64,000 nt of DNA, from contig OX597817.1 in NCBI GenBank assembly GCA_951406725.2, positions 37,200,001 through 37,264,000 of the forward strand, given 5' to 3'. Below are positions 41,095-54,214 of this stretch, piece after piece (the stretch's first letter is position 1; every line of letters starts with the position of its first letter). Made by a program: the position numbers and the translations under genes. The notes beneath the pieces are model-generated. The model was not told where the DNA came from. It saw only the letters and a program-made list of their open reading frames with translations, and made no database searches. Source of the DNA: Octopus vulgaris. Taxonomy: Eukaryota.

Positions 41095-41330
41095 ATGTTA
41101 CATCAGTATTTTCCTTCTCCTAGTAAGATGTCTAAACCAAGACTAGCGATCTTTCACTCCCAGGTTTTGGATTGCTGTTGGCTCTACTGAGTTCATTTGC
41201 ACTTTAACAGGTCTTGCAGGTATCCAACGAAAGACACTCGTTACCCTGCTTGTTAGGTAAGGAATGCGGTTTAGTCGCCGAAGGCCAGAAAATGCGACGG
41301 GTTGTAACCAGTTATGTGTTAGCATTAGCA
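41095..41330 (-). mobile_element. Probable RTE-clade LINE 5'-UTR remnant
   Basis: The minus strand contains ctaggagaaggaaaatactga, recalled as an RTE/BovB-type 5' UTR motif; locally GC-richer. Confidence 0.35.
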
Positions 41331-41456
41331 CTACGAGTGATCAATCATATATTTGTACACGCATATACATACATGTAAGTATGTATGCATAGCACCCCTA
41401 AATCCATATTTTATACTATTACACTCTAGATATTGTAGATATTGTTGGTGTGATAC

Positions 41457-41588
41457 TGGGTACAAACATAAGTGGGATACAAACATAAAGGCGCACATAC
41501 ACACACATACACGTACATACATACACATACGCATACACACAAACATTTACGCATACACATACACAAATATATATGAATATATATATTC

Positions 41589-41619
<31 letters not shown>

Positions 41620-41735
41620 AATATACATGTATACGTCGAACTTCCTTCAGTTTCCGTCTTCCAAACAAATATGCAAGGCTTTGGTCAGCCCGGGACTGTA
41701 ATAGAAGACCCTAACCCATGGTGGTAGGCAGTGAG
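41457..41735 (-). mobile_element. Diverged SINE family B fragment
   Basis: cttccttcagtttccgtct...aaggctttggtcagcccgggactgtaatagaagaccc...gcagtgagact; similar to 40480-40580. Confidence 0.75.
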
Positions 41736-41803
41736 ACTTTTCCGTTCTCCCGCCCCTCTCTTTTTCTCTTCCCTGTTCCTATATTCTCTCCTCCGCCCTT
41801 CAT

Positions 41804-41856
<53 letters not shown>

Positions 41857-42529
41857 GTCTTTGTCTATCTAACATTACATTTATTCATGCATTCCTGCAG
41901 CAATCCAAATTCCACTCTTCACTCTATGCTTTATTTTGTACTCTGCTTCCATCATTGTCTCTATGACTGTCGTACATCACACACACACACACACAGTTGC
42001 AGATCAGACACGTTTGCAGTAAACCTATTATCTGCTTCGCTGCTCACTGACAAACTGTCTGATCAATGACCACATATGTGTTAACTGTTACACACACTGG
42101 GTAATCGGCTATTGTTGATGCTATTTTGTAGTTGTTGTGTGGTCATAGAGGCGGTGGTGGTGTCCCTGATGTTGCCATTGCTGTTGTTACCACTATTATC
42201 GGTATTCGTGTTCTTATTATTGTTGTTACTGCAGCTACTTGTGTTAACGATCTTCTCATGGTTATGATGCTAGTGGTAATGATGTTGTTTCTGCAAATGG
42301 GAGTGGGGTATTTTTTCTTGTCGTTTTTGTTGTTGTTGATTTTTTTTAATGATTTATTGTTATTGTCGTTAGTGCTGATGCTGTTGCTGATTGTTGATAA
42401 TTTTATTGTTGGAAGTCTGTGGCTCTGTTGGTTTTCATTGGTTGTGCTTTTGTTCTCGTTTTTTTTTTTTTTTTTTTGGTAGTATTGTTGAACTCACTTT
42501 TGCCGCAGCTGTTGTTGCTGTTGTTAAGC

Positions 42530-42725
42530 AACAAGACGGGTAAGGGTGATTAGGTGATGGTCTGGAGCTTAGGGGCGGGAGACCCCAGACCTTGGGAAAA
42601 AAAAACTTTGGTCGTCTTGTTGTAGTCGAGGGTTCTTCGTTGACGCCCAAAACCACTGGGAGGTGACCCTTGAAGTCGCTGGAAATGGAGACCTGCAGTT
42701 CCAAGTTATTGGACGGCTGCCGCTG
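42530..42725 (-). mobile_element. Unclassified ~190-bp interspersed element in trinucleotide repeats (copy 2)
   Basis: Reverse complement is colinear with 20940-21128 (ctcgactacaacaagacgaccaaagttttttt...cccgcccctaagc..catcacctaatca); flanked by (GTT)n and (GGT)n(AGT)n. Confidence 0.8.
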
Positions 42726-42743
42726 CTGTTGGTAGTGGTGGTG

Positions 42744-42803
<60 letters not shown>

Positions 42804-42936
42804 CTGGTGGTTGTTGATGGTGGTTTTGATGTCTATTGTTGTTGTTGACAGGGCTATCATTGTTGTTTATTGCCTAGATCAGCCTTGAAGTCAAGGTACG
42901 AAGTACAGGGAATTTGTGCGCCATTTATATATCAAA

Positions 42937-43319
42937 CTAGCAGTATCGCCCGGCGTTGCTCAGGTTTGTAAGGGAAATAACTATAAAGCATTTTTAGAGA
43001 GTTATAGCCAAAAAATAGCAAAAAAATGGAAAAAAAATGATGGTAAATTTTTTTGAGAGTTAAAACAGGTGGAGTTGCGTCCCCTAGACGGTCTGTGGTT
43101 TGGGTTTCTCATTCTCGACCCCATGTCGAATTTATCGATTTTTTTCAGAACTGGGGGAACTTTTCAAAATTTTCGCTGCGTTAGTTTTGAATTATGACAT
43201 TGGGCTATGTGTGTGTCAAGTTTCATCAGAATCGGTTGAAAGCCGTGGTCAGAGTGAGGGTACGAGAAAACAGACACACAGAAAACGCACAGACAAACTG
43301 CCGTTTATATAGAGAGAGA
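42937..43319 (-). mobile_element. Non-autonomous Helitron
   Basis: Minus strand starts A|TCTCTCTCTATATAAAC and ends in the GC-rich subterminal motif gcaacgccgggcgatactg + CTAG|T. Confidence 0.85.
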
Positions 43320-43332
43320 TGACTACTTAGAG

Positions 43333-43681
43333 CAGCGGTTCTCAACCATTTTTTTATATAAAGGCCCCTTTGATTATTATATCATCCTGGTGAACCTACA
43401 TAGCCATTCTATGTTTAAAACCTAGTTTTATAGAAACTTCTTTCAAAATTCCTATTTTGTTTTTCACACATTAAATTATATAGGTTGAACTATGTTAACT
43501 TCTTAGACAAAACACTAGCTGTTTCTTGCAATAACGTACCAACGAACTCATCTAAAACAATTTTTTTCAGGGGCCCTTTAAATACTATTGTGAGTCTCCA
43601 GCTTACTATTATATTGTGTGGACCCCCAAAAATCTTATATGAACTCTCAGAGGCCATAAGGACTCTAGTTGAGAACCACTG
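43333..43681. mobile_element. hAT (Charlie-type) MITE
   Basis: TIRs cagcggttctcaac / gttgagaaccactg; 8-bp TSD acttagag / gcttagag with central TA. Confidence 0.9.
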
Positions 43682-44214
43682 GCTTAGAGGCTCTCTCAAT
43701 ATATTAACAAAAAATGTCAGTGTTGGAATTACCAAACATGTGCTTTACTGGTAAAATGCTTCACATATATCCAATCATCTTTGTAGACACCATTAGACAC
43801 ATCTAACGTTTGATCTGCATTTAAAGTGCAATATCATGGGTGTAAATGTGGTGATATTGTTAATACATATGGTCTGCAATCACGTGGTTCCTGGTTCATT
43901 CTCATATCGTGACACTGAAACTGGATTGTATGAAAGTCTGTGGAATTCCGTTCAAATATATTTGTTTTTAAACTATCGCTTTTAAACTATGCAATAATAT
44001 CGCTTTTAAACTATGCAATAATAAGTCTAGTCTGTTGCAAGAATTCGGACAGGGTTTCAGGATAAGCCAGAAGTAATTTTCCTTCGTCAGTCTCGGAGAG
44101 CCTGCAAAAAGTTATATATTTTGTTCTTGCTCCTCTGAGTAAATAATTTTTTTTTAAATTGTAAACAGAGCCCCCATAGCGACTTCAGAATTCTACCCAT
44201 TTCTACATGTAGGC

Positions 44215-44339
44215 CCAGGCATGGCAATGTGTTTAAGCAGTTCGCTTTGTAACCGCGTGAATTCGGGTTCAGATCCACTGCACATTACCTTCGACAATGC
44301 CCGATCAATGTTTTGTGAGAGAATTATATATATTTGTTT

Positions 44340-44407
<68 letters not shown>

Positions 44408-44600
44408 GTGTGTGATCCGCTTGACAATCGCTGTTGGGCTCGTTACATCCTTCTAACGTATCGGTTCGGTAAATAAGCCCTAGGAAATAAGTACGAGACA
44501 AAAAAATAAATACTGAGTTGACTTATTTGGCTAAAACCGTTCAAGATAGTTCCCTTCAATAACCGCTGTCCAATGACTGAAGATAAGAGTAGAAGATAAC
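44215..44600 (+). mobile_element. Highly diverged SINE family B copy
   Basis: ggcatggcaatgtgtttaag...cgggttcagatccactgc...cgcttgacaatcgctgttgg...ccaatgactgaag. Confidence 0.7.
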
Positions 44601-45164
44601 ATATAATTAAAGTTTCCATCATCGATGTCGCTGTAACCATTTTCCCTAGCCTAGTGGACAACTAGTAACTCGTTCCAAAAAATGCTCCCCCTTCAAAACA
44701 TGACGAATCTTAGTATTGATTGGGCACTAGTAATTCCAAGTTAGATATATTTCACACATACAACGAATTAATTAGTTCTCGGGTAGACAGATTTCAGGCA
44801 CAATACAACATTTGCTAAATGGTATTCAGGAAAGAGCTGATACTTTAGAATTTCGCACCTCGACTAGTCAACCGTTTCAACAACTTTAGTTATACCTCTT
44901 ACATATTCATCTGTTTAAACAGATGCACGTACACTATTTAATTGTGTTTATTCCCTGTATAACAACAGATCATTTAATTATCGTTACTTGGTTAAATATG
45001 TGGCAAGTAAATAACAAAGAATAGAAATAATTTTAAGCTTTATTGATTTAATTTAGACACAAATATAATAGTTAAACTAAAGGATGACATTGTATATCCC
45101 TCTTTTTCTCTCTCCATCCATCTCTCTCTCTCTCTTTAACATACATACACTATGTATATATATA

Positions 45165-45213
<49 letters not shown>

Positions 45214-45834
45214 TATATATATTGAAGATTGATTGATTGATATTTAAATTGTTACTGAAATGATGTGGGTGTATAATATACATTAATGTTACTCATAGCA
45301 CATCAGGACTTAAAATAACGAGCTAACCTTTCTAATATCGTTTCAGTGGGGAATTTTATGATATCCTACACCCATTTATTTAGTTTAATTGCAAATACTT
45401 GAAGCGTATGTCTATAAATGCATATGTACCGATAGTTAGAGTTGAACTGGTTATGTAATTTGTACGTGAAACGCGAAACCTACATAACCTGAACACACAT
45501 AAATCGTGCGTCAACGGGTTTATTTGAATTCCTGTAGTTTAATTTTACTAATGGTAATGATATTTCAGTTTTCCACTTCAATTTCAAAGGTTTCAGTTTT
45601 AGTTCACACGCCAATAAATCTGATTGACGTTAGCTCCAAAAAACATAGAGGTGGGTGTTAAATAGTGAAATTATGTATATGACAGGTACTGGTGTATATC
45701 ATCTGCAGAGAGATGAGTGGCTGAGTAAATCATTCTGAGATTTCAGCACGAATCGTAAATGAAAGTAAGACTATAACCGAAAGCAATGTTATCCAGTTCT
45801 TTACTGTTTTTGTTATAATTGAAGTCTCTGGGGG

Positions 45835-46015
45835 GCCGCTCGATCTGCAAGAAACAGCAGTGAAATCTTCAACTCACAACACAACAGTTTTAAAAATGGA
45901 AGATCAAATTGAGACATGTAGTCGCTGATATACAAAACAAATAAAAACGATATAGTCATAGCTGGTAATTGTCTACATGATCAAGAATTATATAAGGCGA
46001 AACAAGAGCAACATC
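45835..46015 (-). mobile_element. Old dispersed repeat (family D)
   Basis: Reverse complement gttgtgagttgaagatttcactgctgtttcttgcagatcgagc resembles 60791-60840. Confidence 0.45.
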
Positions 46016-46253
46016 AACGTCGAAAAAATATTCGCCTTTCAGAATCAGCAAACATGTCAACCGATCCAGTTTGCTCGTATCAACAGTAATAAACTTATAA
46101 AGAGGCCGTTGATCGGATTTGTAAAATGACTGTTGTTGATGTTGTTGTTGACATAGGTGAGCATTGTTATCTAACAGCCAAATATTGAAATAATAGTGAA
46201 TCTAGGACTGCGTTATGAAACGTGCCTTTCCTTTTTATGTGTGCGACGTGTAA

Positions 46254-46627
46254 TCTCTCTATATATAAAGCTGAAGTTGTCTGTGTATGGCAGGTTTGGT
46301 AGCCTTCAACTAGCACTATCTCCTCTGAGACCCTGCGGCGCAAGCTAACCAAAATTGAGAGTATGATAGAAGAAGGCTTGGTCTTCCTTCCGTAGAAGAA
46401 AAAATTCAAATCGGACCATGTTAACACCAAAAATTATTTACATCAAGAAGGTGCCTTTTTCTATGAAAATCCCTATTTTTTGCCATTTTGTGACTGCTGT
46501 GTCGCCATTCAGAAAAATGTTCACTTAAAGAGAATAACAAGCTACATGATGCAAAATTTTTACTTTTCAAAAATTCCAATCCTAAAGGATCGAAACAAAC
46601 CCGAACAACGCCGGGCGATACTGCTAG
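46254..46627 (+). mobile_element. Non-autonomous Helitron
   Basis: A|TCTCTCTATATATAAAGC ... caacgccgggcgatactgCTAG|T. Confidence 0.85.
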
Positions 46628-47737
46628 TATCAATTAAAACTGAAATCAGTTTCTTATAAGATGACAATCTTTGTAACTATAGAACATCCAGTTATCCTTC
46701 TCTATGCTTGAACATAGAAATCTATAGTACGCTGCATGTCACTAACTTTGGGGCTCTTTTAGGATTATAAATTTCCTGTAAGATGAAAATAGTGATGAGC
46801 ATGGGACAGCTAAGCTGAATTATGGGGGTCTGAAGTAAACAGTATAGAGGTGTAAATTACAATGAAAATAAAATCATAAATCGTATAAAGAAATAAGTTC
46901 CATGTGATTTAAATATATTTGTACTTTATATGAAATAATTCGGGGACCATAAGATGATGTTAAATAGAGATACGGAACTAGTAACATGAAGTTTGAGATT
47001 TCGAATTTTCTTGGGTGAAAAATTTTCAAAATCGTTTGAATATTGGACCCAGGTAAACTTTACATTTGATCTTCCATTAGTCAATAAAAAGTTTACCAAT
47101 CCAGAGATGTGGATTAGCAGAACTGTTACAGCACCAGAGAGGGAGCCTCGCAATATCTGTTCTGGCTCTTTGCGTTCGATGAGCGACGCGTACGATGAGA
47201 CTGGTGACAAGTTGTATTGATCTTAATGTGGAGATTTTTCCCTTGAACAGCAACAGTGGCATGAAAGGGAAGGCTTGTAGGCATGGTCATCTGGCATTCT
47301 TCCAGACACAAAAGACAAAAAATACATTACCCATGCCTGTGCAGACAGGCAGACTGACAGTCAGCTCTGACCGATGGAGTCCCTGTTAGAATCTCTGCAA
47401 ATCTCGGCAATTATTTACATCGTATAAAACGCAAACTTTCGGCAATATCAAAATACATGCAGTTCTAAACATTTTGAATAATAATTAGTAAAGATATTTC
47501 CCGAATTTGTCTACTTCTCTGCCTTCCGTTTCCTTTGTCTTGCTTCTCTCTCTCTCTCTCTCTCTCTCTCGCCTTCTCGCTTTGTCTTCCTCTCTCACTC
47601 GCAGTTTGTGAATCTACGATGTGGTAAAGCACATATATATATTTTTTTTTATATATATATATATATATGAATGGACAGATGAATGTATGGATACAAATCT
47701 GTATGAATACACACATACACACACGCACATCCACCCC

Positions 47738-47814
<77 letters not shown>

Positions 47815-47822
47815 CATACATA

Positions 47823-48411
47823 CAGGGTGCAATGAATAAACTGTCGTCTAGATTACGCAATATAATCAAGGAGGTTGCAGTCTGGGGAGTTAGGTTGCCA
47901 GGTGTTAGGGATGATGTGGTCGCAGAAATTGTCGGACAGCCATCACTGGGTTCTCCTGCTTGTGTGACATGGTGCAGAGTCCTGTTGCCAGACATAGGGT
48001 CTTGACCCAGGGAAACACTAACTCCTCCACACACTTGATGTAGGCCTCCGTGTTGAGTCTAAGGCCGTGTGAGATGAATCAAGACATAACGTCGCCTTCA
48101 CTAGTGTTCACTTCAAACGCTATGATGTTAGACTTTTCATCCCTCTCGGTACACGTTATTGCACTATCCTCAGCTTGACACCCAAACATTCTGAAATGTT
48201 CATTTTGGAGCTTACGACGCGGATGACAAGCAGTAAAGCATGACGTTTCCAAATTTCTGGCAAAGTGGATTGCGACATGGAGCTGGTTTTCTCACACACG
48301 GTGCCCAACTGATCCTACTATACTGTGTAATCGACAAAATAAAAAAAACAACCAATGAACATGCGCGAAATTGAAAATATAAAATCATGACAATTTACCC
48401 ATTGCAGCCTA
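47823..48411 (-). mobile_element. maT (DD37D) Tc1/mariner-superfamily remnant
   Basis: TIRs tacagggtgcaatgaataaactgtc / gacaatttacccattgcagcctata. Minus translation [45 protein letters not shown] has 37 residues between the last two catalytic Asp. Confidence 0.85.
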
Positions 48412-48619
48412 TACATGCATACATATATATATATATAATATATATATAATATATAATATTATCATTAATAATAAAATATATATTATTAATATTATCAATG
48501 GTATGTCAACGCACGAGACTCTCGGATCTTGAGTCACTCTATTACTCTGCTAAATATTAATAAAAATATACATATATTCATATTTTGAGTTCTATTTTTC
48601 CTGTTCGTACCAGCATTCC

Positions 48620-48650
<31 letters not shown>

Positions 48651-48651
48651 A

Positions 48652-48842
48652 GGAAGCAATTTATTCTCAAACGCAGGAGAATACTGACAGAACGGCAGGA
48701 ACAGGATAAAATATCCATATTTTGCGGAAAAATTTATCAGTAGCCAGGAATTTCCGCAAAAATTTCCGCAAAATATGGATATTTTCTCCTGTTCCTGCTA
48801 TTCTCTCAGCATTATTCTGCGTTTGAGAATAAATTATTTCCT
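48652..48842. repeat. Foldback element, ~80-bp arms, next to (TA)n(GA)n
   Basis: aatttattctcaaacgcag...gcaggaacaggataaaatatccatattttgcggaaa versus tttccgcaaaatatggatattttctcctgttcctgc...ctgcgtttgagaataaatt. Confidence 0.88.
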
Positions 48843-49524
48843 GTATCTGTATCTTTCAACACATCTCACCGCTTTTAAAAGCAAACTTTGTTTATATTTA
48901 TCGTAATTTGAATTTAACATATATATATATATATATATAACAAAATAAACTTGCAAGGAACCGCACGAGTGAAAATATAGGAAAAAGAGTTTGAAAATGC
49001 AGAGGTCTTTTAAAGTTGTTTATTGACCTGACTGGTTTCATGTTTTTTTTCTAAATTATCAAAAGTAAAATGTAAAGCTTTGTATACGCTTTGGCGTGTT
49101 AAAAATGGTTATCATAATTGTATTAAAATACAGGTATACAGTCTTTGATAATGATAAGAAAATGTTAAAAAATAGAATCCTTGACAATAATAAGAAAATA
49201 TTAAGAGGGGCTCTTTGTTTAAACAGTTTACATGAAAGTGTTCAAAATAGGTAGTAAAATAAATTTATAATTATTTAAAGTTCATCAAAAATTATGATTG
49301 TATAAGAAGCATAAATACAGAAATAGATATAATATTTAAGTATTTATACAGAATTTTAGTGGTATGACCAACCTTTACATCCATCATCTTTTACTGTTAG
49401 TGTGTGTATGAGAGATTTTTGCCCTTTTTAGGCATAGTATGGGAGGTTGGTTGGTGGGGGAGAGCATTGTGGTTTTAACACAACAAAGCTTATACAAAGC
49501 TTTACATTTTACTTTCGATAATAT

Positions 49525-50456
49525 CGTGCCATTCAGTAACAACTTTAGTTCTGTGAACTGGTGCATTATCATCCTGAAAGATTGCGTTTCCCTCCGGAAA
49601 CAGTTCCGCAACCATAGGCTGAATTTGAACAGATAAAATGCTTAAATAGACTTGGCTATTAACTCTGCCATGAAGGAAACCATTGGGCCGGTGGATTTCC
49701 AGGATATAGCCCCCCAGATCATCACAGATCCTCCTCCATATTGGAAAATGCTTCTTTTGGCTGTCTCCACACGTATACTCGGCCGGTGATCGGAAATAAG
49801 GTAAAGGATGACTCATCCGAGAAAATAACATTCTTCCAATGCTCTAGGGACCAATTCTGTAGGTTTTTACTCTACTCTAAACGTTTTGCAACATTAGATT
49901 TTGAAAGTAGTGGTTTTCTTATTGCAGCCCCCCACCCTGAAATCCGGCTTTGTGTAGCTCCTGGTGAACAGTTTTTGTGGAAACTGGGTTCTTGAGGTGG
50001 TCATTAAGCTCTACAGTAATTTAGGGAGCTGTACTTTTGTGATCCTTTCTAACAATTAAGGTAAGAGTCCAACGGTCCCTGTCTGAAAGTTTCGGTTTTC
50101 TTCCGGAATTTTGTTTCGACGAGAAGGATTTTGCCTCTTTTTCAAAAGCTGTAATTACTTTCGAGACGGTACTTCTTGATACACCAAACATTTCGTCTGT
50201 TTCCGTTACGCTAATGCCTGCCATACGAGCACCAACAATTTGACCTCTTTGAAAGCCCGATAGATCTGTCATTTTAATGAATTTTAATTACCTTTTTCTG
50301 GTGATATCTGGAAAGAAACATCAATTTTAGCAAAACATATTAAGCAACACTTATAATAAATCGAAAAACATAAAAATAAACAAGCTTTTGACGATATTAA
50401 AGATATTTCAAAATTATGATGCTATGATGCAAGGTTTTCCCAATATTTAGTCCAAT

Positions 50457-50461
<5 letters not shown>
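49525..50461 (-). mobile_element. Tc1 transposon remnant (3'-truncated, frameshifted)
   Basis: MTDLSGFQRGQIVGARMAG..FGVSRSTVSK..SGRKPKLSDRD (paired-like HTH) and GRVNSQVYLSILS..IFQDDNAPVHR. The left TIR-like tatagggattggactaaatattggg abuts (TA)n. Confidence 0.9.
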
Positions 50462-50491
<30 letters not shown>

Positions 50492-50534
50492 TGTGTGTTG
50501 TGTGTGTATAGGATTGTGAGCTTTTATTCGTCCA

Positions 50535-50730
50535 GCCCCACCATCACTTGACAACCGATCTTGATGTGCTTACGTCTTCGTAACTTCGCAGTTCGGCAAA
50601 TGAGACCGATAGAATAAGTATGAGGCTTACAAAGAATAAGTCCTGTGGTCGATTTGTTCGACTAAAGGCGTTGCTCCAACATGGCTGCAGTCAAATGACT
50701 GAAATAGATAAAAGATACGAATAAAAGAAT
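50535..50730 (+). mobile_element. SINE family B, 3' half
   Basis: cttgacaaccgat...gagaccgatagaataagta...ctaaaggcgttgctccaacatggctgcagtcaaatgactgaa. Confidence 0.85.
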
Positions 50731-51340
50731 ATATTTGTATATGTAGACATGTGATGTGTGTACGTGTGTGTGTACGTAAATGTCGAACTTTGAAAATGAG
50801 TCTTTAACACCGCATTGATGGATATAAATTCTTTATTTTGTGAATTAATGCTACCATCGGTTTCATGTCAAAGAAAAGTAGGACAATATCCTACTGTCGT
50901 AACAATCTTTGAAGCCGATCACATAGAGAAAGGTGTTCGCCTCCATTTATGAAAAGAAACTCTCGTTTAGTTCGCGGAGCCTCTTGCTCATGTATGTATT
51001 TATGTGTGTGTGCGCTTGTGTATACATACGTATTTGTGTACATGTATATATCTGTGTGTATATAACTGTATTTACGTATATGTTTGGATGTGTATAAGTA
51101 CATGTATTTACTTGAACTATGTATGTGTGTGTGTATGTAAGTATAAATGTATGTATGTATGTATGTGTACGTGAATGGATTACTTTGTCTCTCTCTATAA
51201 GTTTATTCTATGATCATTTGGGTATCGATCGGTGAACGACACGGGAAACATTTGAAGACTAACAAGCATTAATTGTCAACCCAGCTAAGCAGAAAGAGTA
51301 ATCATTACATACACACATATACTCATCTAGAAAAAGACAG

Positions 51341-51395
<55 letters not shown>

Positions 51396-52292
51396 TATAC
51401 ACATATGCAAGTATGCATATGTATATATATATATATATATGTACGTGCGTACTGTGTGTATATATATACAAACACATATATGCATATATATATATATTAT
51501 ATATAATTAATATATATATAAATAATATAATATATAATATATATGTATTGTATATAATATAATATAACATATATATTATATATATATAATATAATATATG
51601 TGTGTGTGTGTGTGTGTGTGTGAGTGTGAGTGTGCGCGCACTGTGTGTATACATACAAACACATATACACACATAGATAAGAAAGTACACAAAACATATA
51701 GTCCACATACTTATTTGTTGATCGATAAAGATCTGATTTATTTTATGGCCGATAACAACGGATGGTTTTTCTTCAACGTACTCATTATGCAGTTAACCCG
51801 TAGATATAAAAGGATGCCACATAATTGAGAAATATAGAAACATTTCATTCGATTTATTATGCTTCGCTCTAAATTATTTTATCAATATTCCGGTCTGGAC
51901 AGAGACGCTGTAGCTTCATCGTTAAGTTCTTCGTAGCTGAAATTTCTTTTGAAAGACTTGTATGGCTAATTATGCGGTTTGATAAAAGCAGAACTACTGG
52001 CCTTTCTAAGGCTGTAAGGCTATATTTCAGTAACAAACGTCACCTAGATTAGAGTTTGTTATGGAGTTAGCACATTGCTTCTTCGATCTAGAAGCTATGA
52101 CCTCAATAATTGTTTTAGTGCAACGCTGCACCTGAGGTGCTGCCAAAGTTGTCGTCTCAACAAATTTAATTTCGTGGCTGTACTAATTTGAGGTTGGGAT
52201 CAAGAGATTATACACATACTCGGAAATTTTCCTCCTTTTATGTTGCGATATAGAATTAATAGAAAAACTTTTAATAAAAGAAACTGATATAT

Positions 52293-52690
52293 AGGCGCAG
52301 GAGTGGCTGTGTGGTAAGTAGCTTGTTTACCAGCCACATCGTTCCGGGTTCAGTCCCACTGCGTGGCACTTTGGGCAAGTGTCTTCTACTATAGCCCCGG
52401 GCCGACCAAAGCCTTGTGAATGGATTTTGTAAACGGAAACTGAAAGAAGCCCGTCGTATATATGTATATATATATATGCGTGTGTGTTTGTGTGTCTGTG
52501 TGTGTCCCCCTAACATTGCTTGACAACCGATGCTGGTGTGTTTATGTCCCCGTTACTTAGCGGTTCAGCAAAAGAGACCGATAGAATAAGTACTGGGCTT
52601 ACAAAAGAATAAGTACCGGGGTCGAGTTGCTCGATTAAAGGCGGTGCTTCAGCATGGCCGCAGTCAAATGACTGAAACAAGTAAAAAGAG
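52293..52690 (+). mobile_element. SINE family B, full length
   Basis: aggcgcaggagtggctgtgtggtaag...gactgaaacaagtaaaaagag. Confidence 0.92.
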
Positions 52691-54214
52691 ATATCAGTGT
52701 CGTTTAGATCTTGCAGTTCATAATGTATAGCCACGGTCTAATCTCCACTGTATGATTGCTAATGTTATCCCATATTCGTTATTTCCATTTTTTAAAAGTA
52801 TATATTAAGTTTCAAGATGGTGTCGATAATACGTTTTAGCCAATCTTGTTGTAGTATGTGTTCTTAATGATAGCATTGTTGCGTTGTAGCACCTGTGTTC
52901 GTTTACAGCGATGTAGTAAGAAAACATTGAACCAGATGAGTCCTTTTGTTGTCGTTGCTTCCTGAATTAAACAATGACCTAATGGTAAACCATGTTACAC
53001 ACGTAAATACTTTTAAAGGTTCTGCAGATCAGAACGAGTGTAAAGAATTCTGTTTGACACTCATTTCTTTCTTGTACCACTTATGTGATCATCCTACCTT
53101 TTGTTGTTTGTAAAATGTTGAAATTTCATTTCGCTTTTGTAATTGGTTTGAAAGATTCTAGATATGAATTAGTGTGTTGAAAGATAATTTTGTTGTATTT
53201 TGGAAGGGTCATTACGCTAAAAATTTACCCTCGCATTAATTCAATTTCAAGTCTTTATTCTAAATCAACTAGTTACTTATTTAAACGAATAATTAATCGA
53301 ATGCTTGCTTAATCAGTCGGTTATAACATTTACAGTGGGGCTATACAGAATATTTGTTTGGGTATGTTTGAAATTCAATAACCTATAATATAATCAATTT
53401 TCAATTTTCCAATTTTAATATATGCGTTGTCGAAACAATAAAATCTATTCTGTAACAGAAAACTATTAAATACATAGTTAACAGACGTTCCTATGTGTAT
53501 ATATATATTTTCATTAGCTTTGCCATTATCATTTAATTTTTTTATCATAATAATTTTCATTATTACTGTCCCCATTATTAATCCTGAATCCATCGACGCA
53601 TCTCCTCGCCCACATTTCATTAAATACATTCATAGTAAAATAGAATCCAGAATAAAATCCAAACTAAAAAATAGTAATATTCACCCGAGGATAAATTTAA
53701 GTCGTGACTCACACAACAGAAGAGAGACATTCTATTATAGCAAGAACACACGACAAACAACAGACAATGAATGAAATTGTTAGACTTTAGAAGGCATGTT
53801 ATATAACTTGTGGAGCTGACTTCTAAATATTTCGTATCCATCACCGCCATGAAAGTACAATTAGTACTACACAATAACTGTTGTTTAGCATAACACCACA
53901 ATAAACTGCTTCTGTTACTATTCTCCCTTATTAGTAGTAGTACTGTTGTTCTTGGTTTAACTTATACGAGCTATTCCCAGCTCGTATAAATAAAAACAAG
54001 TTGGACGTTTTACTATGGGTGTCATTTAAGGGTTGCGATGGTATGTTGTGCGAAAAGGGAACCATATTTTCAGAACTAAGATTCTTTAAATTTCTAAAAT
54101 TTTCGATTTTGAAAGAGCTTAAAAGAAACAGACATTCTCAGGTGGCAATGTATTACTTAGGATATGGGCAGTATCTATGTGAATAAACATTTTGTATATA
54201 GCTCATATAAATAT

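Noticed and set aside
46926-47389. Overlapping ORFs on both strands as a coding exon
   Set aside because: No recognisable domain and no consistent splice boundaries; treated as a possible non-coding element instead.
47501-47510. CCGAATTTGT matching the 3' end of miR-10
   Set aside because: The seed and 5' half are absent.
51795-51805. AACCCGTAGAT matching the 5' half of miR-100
   Set aside because: The match stops after 11 nt and there is no hairpin partner.
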